Shown one piece after another: positions 1-8,371 of a DNA stretch of 39,639 bases. The position numbers were made by a program, and so were the translations under genes. The number at the start of each line of letters is the position of its first letter. Positions within the stretch are counted from its first letter, which is position 1. The stretch is from a virus (Duplodnaviria; Caudoviricetes). The notes beneath the pieces were generated by a model. It saw only the letters and a program-made list of their open reading frames with translations, ran no database searches and was not told the origin of the DNA. The stretch lies in the IMG/VR virus record IMGVR_UViG_3300011417_000016, positions 1 to 39,639 of that record, one strand, 5' to 3'.

Positions 1-123
1 ACCATGTACTGTTGGCTGATCCACTCCTTGGCCGAGCGGAAGGGCATCGGGTCGGGTTTCGAGTCGTAGTCGCCGGCGAGGACCTCGGCCGCGGCCTTCG
101 CCCGCAGATCTCCGTTCGGGATG
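1..123. repeat. Terminal direct repeat (circular assembly overlap), left copy
   Basis: 1-123 is identical to 39517-39639; the ParB reading frame continues across the join. Confidence 0.97.
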
Positions 124-839
124 CGGGCGATCAGCTCGGCGGTCGCCTTGGGCAGCCGGCCTTCCTCCATGGCCTTCTTCGCCTCTTTGGGCAACTCGGC
201 CAGCTTGAGCACGCCGTAGACGTATGTTTTCGCCTTGCCCACCTTGCGGGCGACGTCCTCCACGGTGAAACCGTGATCATCGAGCAGCCGGCGGTAGCCC
301 GCGGCCTCCTCGAGCGGCTTGAGCCCCGCGCGCTGCAGTGTGCTGATGAGCTGGATCTCGATCACCTGAAGATCGCTGAGGGCCCGGATTTTGCATTCGA
401 GCGTTCGCAGCTCGGCAAGCTTGGCGGCCCGGTAACGGCGCTCCCCGTCGACGATCTCGTAGGCCTCGGCGTCCAACGGCAGCTTCTCGGCACGAAGGAG
501 CGACGGTGGGGCGGGGCGCACCAAGAGCGGCACGGCCACGCCCACCGAGCGCATGCTTTCGGCGAGCTCGGCCAGGCCGTCCTCGTCGAAGTGCTTGCGG
601 GGATTTGTCGGGCTGGGGATGAGCTTCTGAAGTGGCATCAGCGGTCGAAGCTCGCCATCCTGGTCCGGTGGCGGCGTAGCACGCGACTGGAACGCGAAGC
701 CCGCCGGCGTCGAGGTGGACGTCAAGCAGGGCGGCGTGTCGCCGTTGGCAACCAGTGGCGCCCTGCGCCGTTCGGCCATCTCGGCCGCGGCCGCTTCGAC
801 GCCGGCACGCCGGCTGCGTTTCATGGTTGCGGTGGTCAT
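1..839 (-). CDS. parB: ParB/Spo0J-like protein, N-terminal part (continues across the junction to 38484; 623 aa total)
   Basis: Manual translation from ATG 839 gives LIPSPTNPRKHFDEDGLAELAESM...YEIVDGERRYRAAKLA (ParB CTPase motif) and an HTH (FTVEDVARKVGKAKTYV); ATGA overlap with the upstream stop. Confidence 0.9.
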   Translation of the reverse strand, partial: MTTATMKRSRRAGVEAAAAEMAERRRAPLVANGDTPPCLTSTSTPAGFAFQSRATPPPDQDGELRPLMPLQKLIPSPTNPRKHFDEDGLAELAESMRSVGVAVPLLVRPAPPSLLRAEKLPLDAEAYEIVDGERRYRAAKLAELRTLECKIRALSDLQVIEIQLISTLQRAGLKPLEEAAGYRRLLDDHGFTVEDVARKVGKAKTYVYGVLKLAELPKEAKKAMEEGRLPKATAELIARIPNGDLRAKAAAEVLAGDYDSKPDPMPFRSAKEWISQQYM

Positions 840-1069
840 TGGGTTGCCTCCTCGGGTCGCTCGTAGAGATGCACGTACACGCCGCGGCCGTCCGGCGGGG
901 CCTCGCGCATGACCAGGATCGCCTCGATCGCGCGGATGTGGTTGAGCAGGTGCAGGGGCAGCTTGAGGACGGCGTCGTTGCAGATGGCGTCCTTGCAGAC
1001 CAGGCGGGTCTGGTACCGCGGCCGGCCGCAGAGCACGCAGCCATGGAGCGATGGGTTCCTGGTCGGCAT
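836..1069 (-). CDS. Small Zn-finger-like hypothetical protein
   Basis: CxxC and CxxxxC motifs; coupled to parB. Confidence 0.6.
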   Translation of the reverse strand: MPTRNPSLHGCVLCGRPRYQTRLVCKDAICNDAVLKLPLHLLNHIRAIEAILVMREAPPDGRGVYVHLYERPEEATQ

Positions 1070-1070
1070 G

Positions 1071-1286
1071 TCACACCTCCCTCGGCCACTCGAGGATGGC
1101 CAGCACCTTCAGCAGGCACGCCGCGTCGATGCGTCCGCCGGCGACGAGCTCGGCGACCTCCATCACGCGGTCGGGGTTGAGGCCCAGCTCGCGCACGCCC
1201 AGCGCGAGGACCTGGCCGCACTCCCGCGAAAGTCGGTAGCGGCGGCACAGGCAGTCGACGTCGATCCACAACGCGGCCTGCGGCAT
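1071..1286 (-). CDS. Small protein paralogous to the C-terminal domain of the replication initiator
   Basis: Ungapped 13/44 identity with the Rep C-terminal segment; preceded by the (GA)n tract. Confidence 0.65.
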   Translation of the reverse strand: MPQAALWIDVDCLCRRYRLSRECGQVLALGVRELGLNPDRVMEVAELVAGGRIDAACLLKVLAILEWPREV

Positions 1287-1291
1287 GACGC

Positions 1292-1322
<31 letters not shown>

Positions 1323-1332
1323 GCCGTCGTCG

Positions 1333-2418
1333 TCATCGGCTTGCTCCTCCGTGCCTCGTTCCCGCGTCCCGCCTTGGCGTGACCCAGGTCAGCCCGTGCT
1401 GCGTGAAGCTGTTGGCGACCTGGCCGATGAAGTAGCGCCAGCGCCGCCCGACAATCTTGCCCGCCTTCGCGGTGCGGTTGAGGTCCTTCAGCACGCGCTG
1501 CAGGGCGTCGGTCGGATAGTCCCCACGCACGACCGCCCATGCGACTTGGGCGGCACACTCGGGCCACAGCCCAGGGTCGGCGACGCGCTCCTCGATCCAC
1601 TGCGAGAGCTGCTCGACCTGCTTGAGGTCGCCGACTTCCGTCGACCGCTTGCTTTCGAGTGCCTGGACCAGCGCGTCCGCCAGCGGCCGCTCGGGCGGCC
1701 CCGGGTCGGCGCCGGGCGAGTCGCGCATCTTCTGCCGCAGGAACTCGACCTCGCGCTGATGCTGCTCATCCGCGGATCGTGCACCAGATCCGCGATCCCC
1801 TAACCTCCGACCTCCCGAAGGCGCGCAAATCGAACCTCCGACCTCCGACCTCCCTAGACCTCTAACCTCCAAAGAGGTTGGAGGTTTATAAGGGGCCCCA
1901 CGCAAATCGGCGGATCGCGCGCCAGTTACGGGATCTGGCGCCACATCCGCCGGCGGATCTGGTGCACGATCCGCCGACGGGGCGCTGCCAGCGTGGACCG
2001 GTAACGTGTACGGTGCTTCGTGCGGATCCTCCGCCGCGGATGCGGGCGACGCCAGGCCAGGCAAGTCTGGCTGCTCGTCACCCCGGGCGGGCCCACGTCG
2101 AGCCCGCGCGACGCTCGAAGGATCCTGGAGAGACACCTTCCACCGGCTACCCTGACGATCGACCTTGTCAATGAGCCCCTCGATCACGAGGGCTTCGAGG
2201 GCTCGCGTCGCGGAGCGGTCACTTGTGCCGATGACATCCCCGAGCCAGCTTGCCGAGATCGAGATGGTCGTCCCGAATCGGCCCCCGGAAGTCTGGTAGA
2301 GGATCTGCCACACCAGCTTCGCCGGCTCTCGAATCCGCCAGCACATCACCGCCCGCCAGGCCGGCGTCTCCATGCACTGAAACGCGTGCACCCGCAGTGC
2401 TGGCGCCGGACCATCCAT
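1333..2418 (-). CDS. Phage replication initiator-like protein (N-terminal wHTH, internal origin)
   Basis: HTH segment SWLGDVIGTSDRSATRALEALVIEGLI; low-complexity linker containing iterons; position in the early operon. Confidence 0.75.
   Translation of the reverse strand: MDGPAPALRVHAFQCMETPAWRAVMCWRIREPAKLVWQILYQTSGGRFGTTISISASWLGDVIGTSDRSATRALEALVIEGLIDKVDRQGSRWKVSLQDPSSVARARRGPARGDEQPDLPGLASPASAAEDPHEAPYTLPVHAGSAPSADRAPDPPADVAPDPVTGARSADLRGAPYKPPTSLEVRGLGRSEVGGSICAPSGGRRLGDRGSGARSADEQHQREVEFLRQKMRDSPGADPGPPERPLADALVQALESKRSTEVGDLKQVEQLSQWIEERVADPGLWPECAAQVAWAVVRGDYPTDALQRVLKDLNRTAKAGKIVGRRWRYFIGQVANSFTQHGLTWVTPRRDAGTRHGGASR
1772..1974. other. Putative replication origin: 22-bp palindromic iterons plus ACCTCC repeats
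   Basis: Perfect 22-bp inverted repeat 1772-1793/1953-1974; degenerate copies at about 1910 and 1929; AACCTCCGACCTCC at 1802 and 1833; lambda-O-like location inside the initiator gene. Confidence 0.7.
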
Positions 2419-2430
2419 GCCCCCCCCCCA

Positions 2431-2712
2431 CTAGTGAAATTGGTTCTGGCGACGCATCGATCGCGCCCTTCTAATCTCCGGCCCCTGGCCGGCAGGTCGC
2501 TCGGCGAAGCAGAGCGGCACCAACCGCGTCATGCACGCCCAGCACAACAGCCTCAACTCCTCGTCCGGATGCTTCCATTGCAGCCGCCGCCGGCGGGCAC
2601 ACTTCGGGCACCACTTCCAGCGGTAGGCGGGCGGGTCCCTCGGCTTCCAGTAGCGCGGCCGACGTCGGCCGCGGAGACGCTTGAGCCATGGGGGGGGGGC
2701 GTTCGAAGGCAT
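2431..2712 (-). CDS. Zn-ribbon hypothetical protein
   Basis: CPKC...CWAC; TGA-ATG adjacent to the upstream gene. Confidence 0.55.
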   Translation of the reverse strand: MPSNAPPPWLKRLRGRRRPRYWKPRDPPAYRWKWCPKCARRRRLQWKHPDEELRLLCWACMTRLVPLCFAERPAGQGPEIRRARSMRRQNQFH

Positions 2713-3054
2713 TCATCTCCCCAGCTTCGGCTCAGCGAGCAGATCGGCCGGGATCGCCGTGCCGTGTTTGCGCATGACGTTGACAAGCGCCTCGCGAACA
2801 ATTGCCTGCAGCTCCGGCGTGCAGTGGGCCATCGCGTCCGACCAGGTCGGCCAGCGCCCGTGTTCGGCGTAGAACCGGTACTGGTAGTACAGCGACTCCT
2901 GGTTGTGCGGCTGGTCCCACGGATGATCGACTGCGCAGACCTGGCACACGTCGCCCGCCGGCGGCAGGAGCGTCATGGCGTTGCGCCGCTCCTCGACGAC
3001 TTCGCCGGTCTCGATGTCGACCACTTGCACAGTGCCGAGTTTCTTGATGGTCAT
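2713..3054 (-). CDS. Phage hypothetical protein (Cys/His metal-binding)
   Basis: CQVCAVDH...PHN...GRWPTWSDAMAHC; high GC3; coupled. Confidence 0.75.
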   Translation of the reverse strand: MTIKKLGTVQVVDIETGEVVEERRNAMTLLPPAGDVCQVCAVDHPWDQPHNQESLYYQYRFYAEHGRWPTWSDAMAHCTPELQAIVREALVNVMRKHGTAIPADLLAEPKLGR

Positions 3055-3257
3055 GGTTCACCTGGCGCGACGATGGTCTCTGGGTCCGGCATCCTCAACA
3101 CCTGCTCGGCTCGGACGAAGATGGTCGCCGGCTTGCCCTTCTTGCGGGCGGGAGCGAGCATCTCGACCTCGATCAGGTCAAACGTCCGCCGGCTGCCGAG
3201 CTGGATCACGCGGCAGGGAAGCAGCACCTTGTCGCCGACGGCCAGATTCTTGCTCAT
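3051..3257 (-). CDS. Small beta-barrel-like protein, GDxVxxPC family copy 1
   Basis: MSKNLAVGDKVLLPCRVI...AEQVLRMPD; ATGA overlap at 3254-3257. Confidence 0.7.
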   Translation of the reverse strand: MSKNLAVGDKVLLPCRVIQLGSRRTFDLIEVEMLAPARKKGKPATIFVRAEQVLRMPDPETIVAPGEP

Positions 3258-3478
3258 CGAGGAGCCTCCTGGGGCGCCGCCTCGGCCGGCAGCACGACCG
3301 TGTCCTTCTCGTCGCAGCGATCGTGCTTCGCGGCCGTGAAGCAGTTGAGGCAGAGCTGCCGGCCGCAGTCGCACATGATCGGGTCGGGCACGATCGCCGG
3401 GCAGTCGGCACACTTCACGCCGGCGTAGCCCGCCTTGGTCCAAAAGCCCACGATCCAGCTACAGGTAAACCACTTCAT
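3254..3478 (-). CDS. Cys-rich Zn-finger protein
   Basis: CADC...CDCGRQLCLNC; SD AAGGAGG. Confidence 0.7.
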   Translation of the reverse strand: MKWFTCSWIVGFWTKAGYAGVKCADCPAIVPDPIMCDCGRQLCLNCFTAAKHDRCDEKDTVVLPAEAAPQEAPR

Positions 3479-3504
3479 TGCCGTCCTCCTTCAGGCGAAA
3501 GAAA

Positions 3505-3574
3505 CTGCGGGCCACGGACTCGAACCAGAGAAGCCAGGTCGCTGCCAACCCAGCTCGGCACCTGCCGCCCGCAG
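3505..3574 (-). ncRNA. tRNA-like structured element (degenerate or pseudo-tRNA)
   Basis: 8-bp closing stem CTGCGGGC/GCCCGCAG, GGTTCGAGTCC T-loop, 11-bp central hairpin with a 4-nt loop; no canonical anticodon loop. Confidence 0.45.
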
Positions 3575-3689
3575 AAAGCCGGCGAGCGACCCAACGCACG
3601 CTCGCCGGCGCCTCGATGTCTGGAGGCATCGAGGCCCTGCTGACCGCCGGCTGGGGGTTTACGGCCAGCCGGACGCTCGGAGTCGCGTG

Positions 3690-4046
3690 TTAGGCGTCCG
3701 AGCAGTCCACCGCGTCGGCAGGTACGGGTTGCCTGGCCCGCATCGAATCGGCGAGCCAGTCCTGAACGATCAGCGAGGTCAGCGTCCAGTGCTCTGGCCG
3801 CTCCAGGTGGGCGATGACCTCGCGCTTGAAGCGCTGGTAATAACGCTCGGCCGTCTCCCGGTCGGTCTCCTCCAGGAGGATCGCCAGGGCGAGCTGGGCC
3901 GGGCCGCTGCCCTGGTAGCCCCACTCGAAGCCGGTCGGGCTGTGGTTGCGGACGGCGAGCGAGTACTTCGGATCGAAGGGCTCGCCGTTCCTGGTGACCG
4001 TGGCGATGCCGTCGATGCGCACGCCGCGGTAGATGTTGTGACTCAC
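3690..4046 (-). CDS. DUF6166-like protein
   Basis: Motif NHSPTGFEWGYQGSGPAQLALAIL. Confidence 0.75.
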   Translation of the reverse strand: MSHNIYRGVRIDGIATVTRNGEPFDPKYSLAVRNHSPTGFEWGYQGSGPAQLALAILLEETDRETAERYYQRFKREVIAHLERPEHWTLTSLIVQDWLADSMRARQPVPADAVDCSDA

Positions 4047-4086
4047 GCTGCACCTGCCTTTCGTCTGAGGGTGCCGATCGATCCAA

Positions 4087-4159
4087 TGCCGCCGGCGGGA
4101 TTCGAACCCGCGACCTCCGCGTTATGAGCGCGGCGAGCCGGCCACTGCTCTACGGCGGA
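4087..4159 (-). tRNA. tRNA with CAT anticodon (Met; initiator-like features), no encoded CCA
   Basis: Cloverleaf TCCGCCG-TA-GAGC..GCTC-G-CCGCG-CT CAT AA-CGCGG-AGGTC-GCGGG TTCGAAT CCCGC-CGGCGGC-A. Confidence 0.9.
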
Positions 4160-4296
4160 CAAAGGGCCGGCGACGGTCTGCATCTCGACTCCCAGGCCGT
4201 CGCCGGCGATGTGCTAGATCCCCTGCACCTCCTTTCGCGCTGACCCATCCTTGAGCGACCTGCGGGCGTCCTGCCTCGCGCTGGCGGGGCTGGACT

Positions 4297-4500
4297 TCAT
4301 GAACCGGCGGCCCCGGACACACGCTCCACCTGCTTGGCGTTGAGCGTGATCGTGGTCTTGGTGTTGTTGCCCGGCATCTCCTCGACCGTTTCGACGGTCA
4401 CGTTGCAGAAGCCGGTGCTGGCCTGGATGTCGGTGACCTTGCAAGGGACGTTGACGACGTCCCCGGCGCTCAACAGAACTCCCTTCCGATCGTGCGGCAT
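4297..4500 (-). CDS. Small beta-barrel-like protein, GDxVxxPC family copy 2
   Basis: DRKGVLLSAGDVVNVPCKV...AKQVERV; SD AAGGAGG. Confidence 0.8.
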   Translation of the reverse strand: MPHDRKGVLLSAGDVVNVPCKVTDIQASTGFCNVTVETVEEMPGNNTKTTITLNAKQVERVSGAAGS

Positions 4501-4534
4501 GGAAACCTCCTTGGTTACGGGCGACGTTGTTGCT

Positions 4535-4771
4535 TCAGGCTCGGCCGTTCAGCCGGAACTTCTCGACGATGCGATCGGCGGTCTCGTCCGGCACGCGCAG
4601 GACCTGGTCGGCGTCGAAGCCCAGGAACTTCCCCGAGCCGTGGTCGCTCGCCGTGCCCAGCACTTCGAGGCTCAGGTTGCGATCGGCGGCCCCGAAGACG
4701 GCCAGCACCTTGCAGGGGACGTACACGATGTCGCCCTGGCGGATCTCTTGTCCCTTGAAGTCGCGTGCCAT
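4535..4771 (-). CDS. Small beta-barrel-like protein, GDxVxxPC family copy 3
   Basis: DFKGQEIRQGDIVYVPCKV...ADQVLRVPD; start reassigned to ATG 4771. Confidence 0.8.
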   Translation of the reverse strand: MARDFKGQEIRQGDIVYVPCKVLAVFGAADRNLSLEVLGTASDHGSGKFLGFDADQVLRVPDETADRIVEKFRLNGRA

Positions 4772-4773
4772 GG

Positions 4774-4947
4774 TCAGGCCCTCCGCTGCTCGATCGTGGC
4801 CACACGCAGAGTCGCAGCCTTCTGCCGCTGCTTGTCGCGGTGCTTCTGCTGACATTCGTCGCGCAGCCACGCGTACTGCTGGCGCGGCCGACCGCACCAG
4901 GCGCAGTTCCCGTCGCGGACCCGCTGATAGTCGGACCGTCCGCTCAT
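4774..4947 (-). CDS. Small hypothetical protein (57 aa, CAWC)
   Basis: Manual translation MSGRSDYQRVRDGNCAWCGRPR...; ATGA-coupled to csrA; fills an operon gap. Confidence 0.55.
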   Translation of the reverse strand: MSGRSDYQRVRDGNCAWCGRPRQQYAWLRDECQQKHRDKQRQKAATLRVATIEQRRA

Positions 4948-5171
4948 CCCGCCAGCCCTCCGTCGCTCGGCCCGGCGGCTGCCGTGGCCGGCTCGCGGCG
5001 GGCCGCGTCCGCCTGCCGCCGGTGATGGACTTCCTCGCGATCCACGACGATGGTCTTGGGCGCCTCGATGCCCAGCCGGACCTTGCCGCCGCGGCGAGTC
5101 CCCAGGAACACCACGCGGACGTTGCCGCCGATCATGAGGGCCTCGCCTTCCTTGCGCGTCACGACGATCAT
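4944..5171 (-). CDS. csrA: Carbon storage regulator CsrA/RsmA
   Basis: MIVVTRKEGEALMIGGNVRVVFLG...VRLGIEAPKTIVVDREEV; SD AAGGAGG. Confidence 0.92.
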   Translation of the reverse strand: MIVVTRKEGEALMIGGNVRVVFLGTRRGGKVRLGIEAPKTIVVDREEVHHRRQADAARREPATAAAGPSDGGLAG

Positions 5172-5193
5172 CGATCCTCCTTGTGCCGGAAGC

Positions 5194-5412
5194 TCAGGCT
5201 TCCATTCCTTCGACCAGGTGTCCAAACTCCGCCTCCAGGGCGAGCAGCTCGTCGCTGATGTGGCCGGCGCCGGTGTGCAGGTTGGCCACCTGCACGCGCA
5301 GCTCGGCCAGCCGGCCGGCGAGCTCCTGCAGCTTCTCCTCGGTCCGCGTGGGCGATGCCAGCTCCAGCTCCGGTTCCGCCGCAAACATCAGGGTGCTCGG
5401 TCGCGTGCTCAT
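5194..5412 (-). CDS. Coiled-coil hypothetical protein
   Basis: Heptad pattern EEKLQELAGRLAELRVQVANL; high GC3. Confidence 0.6.
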   Translation of the reverse strand: MSTRPSTLMFAAEPELELASPTRTEEKLQELAGRLAELRVQVANLHTGAGHISDELLALEAEFGHLVEGMEA

Positions 5413-5434
5413 GGTGCTGCTCCGTGTTGACCTC

Positions 5435-5656
5435 TCAAATCTCGACGCACTCCTTGCAGTACGGCCGGCCGGCGATCCGCCGGTAGATCGGCTCCAGGCA
5501 CAGATCCTTCTGGCCCGGCGACAGCCCCGCGTAGAACGCGGCCATCGATTCCCCGAGCAGCTCCTTGCTGCAGCCGGCACAGTTGACGAGCTTCACGTCG
5601 TCGATCACCAGGCCGGCGCCGGAGACCACGCGGTAGAACTCCATCTTGCTGGGCAT
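5435..5656 (-). CDS. Zn-finger hypothetical protein
   Basis: CAGC...RPYCKEC. Confidence 0.65.
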   Translation of the reverse strand: MPSKMEFYRVVSGAGLVIDDVKLVNCAGCSKELLGESMAAFYAGLSPGQKDLCLEPIYRRIAGRPYCKECVEI

Positions 5657-5658
5657 GA

Positions 5659-5850
5659 TCACTTCGTACCGCGGCTGGGCCGCGGCCCCTTGCGCGTGAG
5701 GTAGATGCCGCGGGCCTGGGCCACGACCAGGCCGCAACGCAGCCGGAGCGGCCGCGGCGACTGGGCGCGCCGCTGCTCGGCCTCCTGGCGCTTGAGGTCG
5801 ATCGAGGCGCTCAGCAACTGGGCCAGGCCCGTCGGCTCGTTGGTTTGCAT
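5659..5850 (-). CDS. Hypothetical protein
   Basis: SD GAGGAG; operon continuity. Confidence 0.55.
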   Translation of the reverse strand: MQTNEPTGLAQLLSASIDLKRQEAEQRRAQSPRPLRLRCGLVVAQARGIYLTRKGPRPSRGTK

Positions 5851-5856
5851 GACTCC

Positions 5857-6015
5857 TCACTTCCGCAGGGCCCGGCGACCTGCCCCGGTGAAATGGAACC
5901 CGAAGCTCTGGCGCTCCTTGCTCATTCGGCAGTAGCGCCGTACCGTTTTCGACTCCGTCCGCCGTGCGCGGATCCTGTCAGTCAGTGCTGCCTTCAAGCC
6001 GCTCTTGAGTCCCAT
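5857..6015 (-). CDS. Small basic protein, first gene of the early operon (52 aa)
   Basis: MGLKSGLKAALTDRIRARR...; SD GGGAGG; not in the ORF track. Confidence 0.45.
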   Translation of the reverse strand: MGLKSGLKAALTDRIRARRTESKTVRRYCRMSKERQSFGFHFTGAGRRALRK

Positions 6016-6083
6016 CGATCGACCTCCCGTTGACCGCGGCCGCCAACCTGGCTAAACCCTGTGCGCCCTCCCCATGTCGTTCC

Positions 6084-6113
6084 TTGACGCCCAGCAGGCC
6101 CCGCGCCTATGAT
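6084..6113 (+). promoter_or_regulatory. Sigma70-like integrase promoter
   Basis: TTGACG-18-TATGAT, followed by a hairpin at 6129-6159; second candidate TTGACC-17-TAAACC at 6030-6058. Confidence 0.6.
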
Positions 6114-6225
6114 GCCCGAAGGAAAAAGACCGAGCGGGCTCGACTAAAGCCCGCCCGGTACGCAAGCAGGCATCCGGTTTCCGGCTTGGGCGCTGTGGAA
6201 CCAACCGAACCCGGAGGCCTGCATC

Positions 6226-7212
6226 ATGAGCGCCCAGTCCAGCATCCTGCCGCTTTCGAGCGGCACCCTCAGCGTCGCCGACGTCGTCGAACGCCGGCTC
6301 GATTACCTCGAACTCCGCCACCGCATCGGCAAGCTCGGCGACGCCAACCTGGCCCGCCACCGCCGCTACCTGCTCGACTTCAGCCACGCCAGCAGCCCCC
6401 GGGCCGCGTCGAGTCTCCACCAGGAGGACCTGCTCCGCTGGCTGGAGGACCATCCGCACTGGCAGGCGCATTCGCAGATCATCAAGGTGCTGTCGATCGT
6501 GATCGCCTGCTTCAAGTGGGCGGCAGACGAGGGCATCCTGGCCAAGAGCCCGTTGCGCTGGCCAAAGGACCTGGAGCTGGAGTCGAAGCCGCGGCCGCCG
6601 CTCGAGCCCGAGGAGTACCGCCGGCTCATGCACCGGGCCCGGCACCGTCCCCACAACCTGCACCGCTGGCGCGCCCCGGTGGGCAGCCTGCCGCTCCGCT
6701 TCGCCTGCTGTTTCCTGTGGCGAACCGGGGCGCGCCCCACGGAGATGCGCCGGGCCAAGTGGCTCCAGGTGGACTGGACCAACGGCGTCATCACCCAAAT
6801 CGGCAAGACCACGAAGAAGACCAAGGAGCTGCGCCTGATCGCCCTCGACGATCGCGTGCTCCGGCTCCTCGCGTGGATCCACCGCCGCCGGCAGCCGCCG
6901 GCCGACGAGCACATCTTTTTGAATGGGACCTGGGAGCCGTGGTCGGCCGACGGCTGGTCGGGTCACTTCCGCAAGTGGGCCGACCGGGCCGGGCTGCCCA
7001 AGGCCAAGACCTCGTACTGCCTGCGGCACGGGTTCTGTGTGGAGCTGCTCGAGCGCGGCGCCTCGAACAAGCAGGCCGCGGACCTGCTCGGGCACAAGAC
7101 CACGCACATGGTCGATACCGTCTACGGTTCGCACACGCGCGAGCGGGTGAAGCACCTCCGCGGCGTCTTGCAGCAGGTCAGGCGGCAGAAGCTGCTCTTC
7201 GAGCGGGAGTGA
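6226..7212 (+). CDS. int: Tyrosine recombinase / phage integrase
   Basis: TGAR (Arg-I), K, YCLRHGF (Arg-II), LLGH, catalytic Tyr in DTVYG; SD GGAGG. Confidence 0.93.
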   Translation: MSAQSSILPLSSGTLSVADVVERRLDYLELRHRIGKLGDANLARHRRYLLDFSHASSPRAASSLHQEDLLRWLEDHPHWQAHSQIIKVLSIVIACFKWAADEGILAKSPLRWPKDLELESKPRPPLEPEEYRRLMHRARHRPHNLHRWRAPVGSLPLRFACCFLWRTGARPTEMRRAKWLQVDWTNGVITQIGKTTKKTKELRLIALDDRVLRLLAWIHRRRQPPADEHIFLNGTWEPWSADGWSGHFRKWADRAGLPKAKTSYCLRHGFCVELLERGASNKQAADLLGHKTTHMVDTVYGSHTRERVKHLRGVLQQVRRQKLLFERE

Positions 7213-7369
7213 AGGCGGGGATGATGGGTAAGCGGGGGCCTGGTCGGTTTCCCATGTGGGCCGCCCGCAGAGGGGCTGTCGCGCTACGTTGTCGCCGGCC
7301 AGGCCCAGAGAGCTTTGGTTCGGGGCGTGAGAAGTTGGATGGGGGGTCGGAGTCTTGATTGGGCCTCGG

Positions 7370-7414
7370 ACCCCCACCCAGCGAAAGACAGGGGTTCGAG
7401 TCCCCTTGGGGGTA
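7370..7414 (+). other. Putative attP core: 3' half of a tRNA (Glu-like)
   Basis: AGAC-AGGGG TTCGAGT CCCCT-TGGGGGT-A, whose T-stem equals that of E. coli tRNA-Glu; about 170 bp downstream of int. Confidence 0.75.
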
Positions 7415-7970
7415 GTGGAGAGCGTAGCCCGGTGCGCTCGAGGGTGGGCCGATGTCGGTCGATCCCCCCCAGGGTGAATAGGCGAGGGATTCTGGGGCTC
7501 CTTCGTCCCCACACCTCGAGGCACCAGGTCTAGGAGAGGGGTGAGGGAGCAGGGGAGAGGGTCGCCAGGCTCCGCCTTCGCAAGCGGGCAGGAGTCAGGC
7601 CCGTCCACCACGAGGGTGCGGCGGAGCCCGGCGGCAAAGTTAGAGTCAGGAGCCCCACCCGCAGGGGTTGGCTCTGCGGGCCGTTCGGCGGCGCGTCCGC
7701 TTGCGGGGGCTCCGGCCTCTCGCAGGAGAGGTCTTCCGGTCTTCCCCGCCGACCCATCGGCCGTGAGGATGCGGCGGAGGTTGATGCCGGCAAAAGTGTG
7801 ACCCAGCTTCGCAGGCTGGGCCATGGTTGAATCGAGCTGCCGGTCCATCGATGCGACTCCTCGGTTGGGCGGAGAGGCATCTTAGGCGCGGCGGCCTGGC
7901 GTCGTCAAGTAATTTCCTAAATAATTCCTCAAAGACTTGAATTCGAGAGCAGGAACACGGAGAATCATCG

Positions 7971-8195
7971 ATGAAGCCGACTGTTGCCCCGCCAGGAGTC
8001 AAAACCTTGGACGGCCTCTACATCGACATCCCCGCACCGCTCCGTCGCCTCGTAGCCGAAACGGCGAACAAGGAAGGGGTCAATCTGAACGTCTTCGTTG
8101 CCAGGGTGCTTGCCGCGCACTTCGGCAAACCCGAGCTCGGCATCATTACCACACGCGCGGGGCGCAAGCCGAAAGAGTTCGCCGAAGCCAAGTAG
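7971..8195 (+). CDS. Ribbon-helix-helix DNA-binding protein (HicB/Arc/CopG-like), candidate repressor
   Basis: LYIDIPAPLRRLVAETANKEGVNLNVFVARVL; AT-rich upstream region; has its own terminator. Confidence 0.75.
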   Translation: MKPTVAPPGVKTLDGLYIDIPAPLRRLVAETANKEGVNLNVFVARVLAAHFGKPELGIITTRAGRKPKEFAEAK

Positions 8196-8216
8196 CTCAC
8201 GCCGTAAAAGACTTCC

Positions 8217-8247
8217 ACGGCCGGCGCCCACCGGCCGTTTTTCATTT
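8217..8247 (+). terminator. Intrinsic terminator
   Basis: ACGGCCGG-cgccca-CCGGCCGT-TTTTcattt. Confidence 0.75.
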
Positions 8248-8371
8248 GCACCCTGGCCCCCTCCACTCCACAATGCGGGGAATTCTCAGGAGGGCCGGCT
8301 CGCTACCGGCCAAGCGTCCGCCGGCGGCGCTGTAGCCTGCACCCGCAGCACGCCGCCCGCGGGCGACCTGG

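Noticed and set aside
1-123. 123-bp terminal repeat as a biological DTR or LTR
   Set aside because: It falls in the middle of parB, and the HNH/P27 terminase points to cos packaging near 31.4 kb; best explained as assembler overlap of a circle
1772-1974. CRISPR array or mini-array
   Set aside because: Repeats are inverted or irregularly spaced inside a coding gene with no unique spacers; no cas genes
3505-3574. Phage-encoded tRNA-Sec or UGA suppressor serving the protease UGA
   Set aside because: No UCA anticodon loop and no long variable arm; kept only as a tRNA-like element
6052-7848. 598-aa minus-strand ORF and other long plus-strand ORFs opposite structural genes (e.g. 23020-24531, 26977-28503, 29026-30963)
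   Set aside because: Antisense shadows of real high-GC3 genes; no motifs
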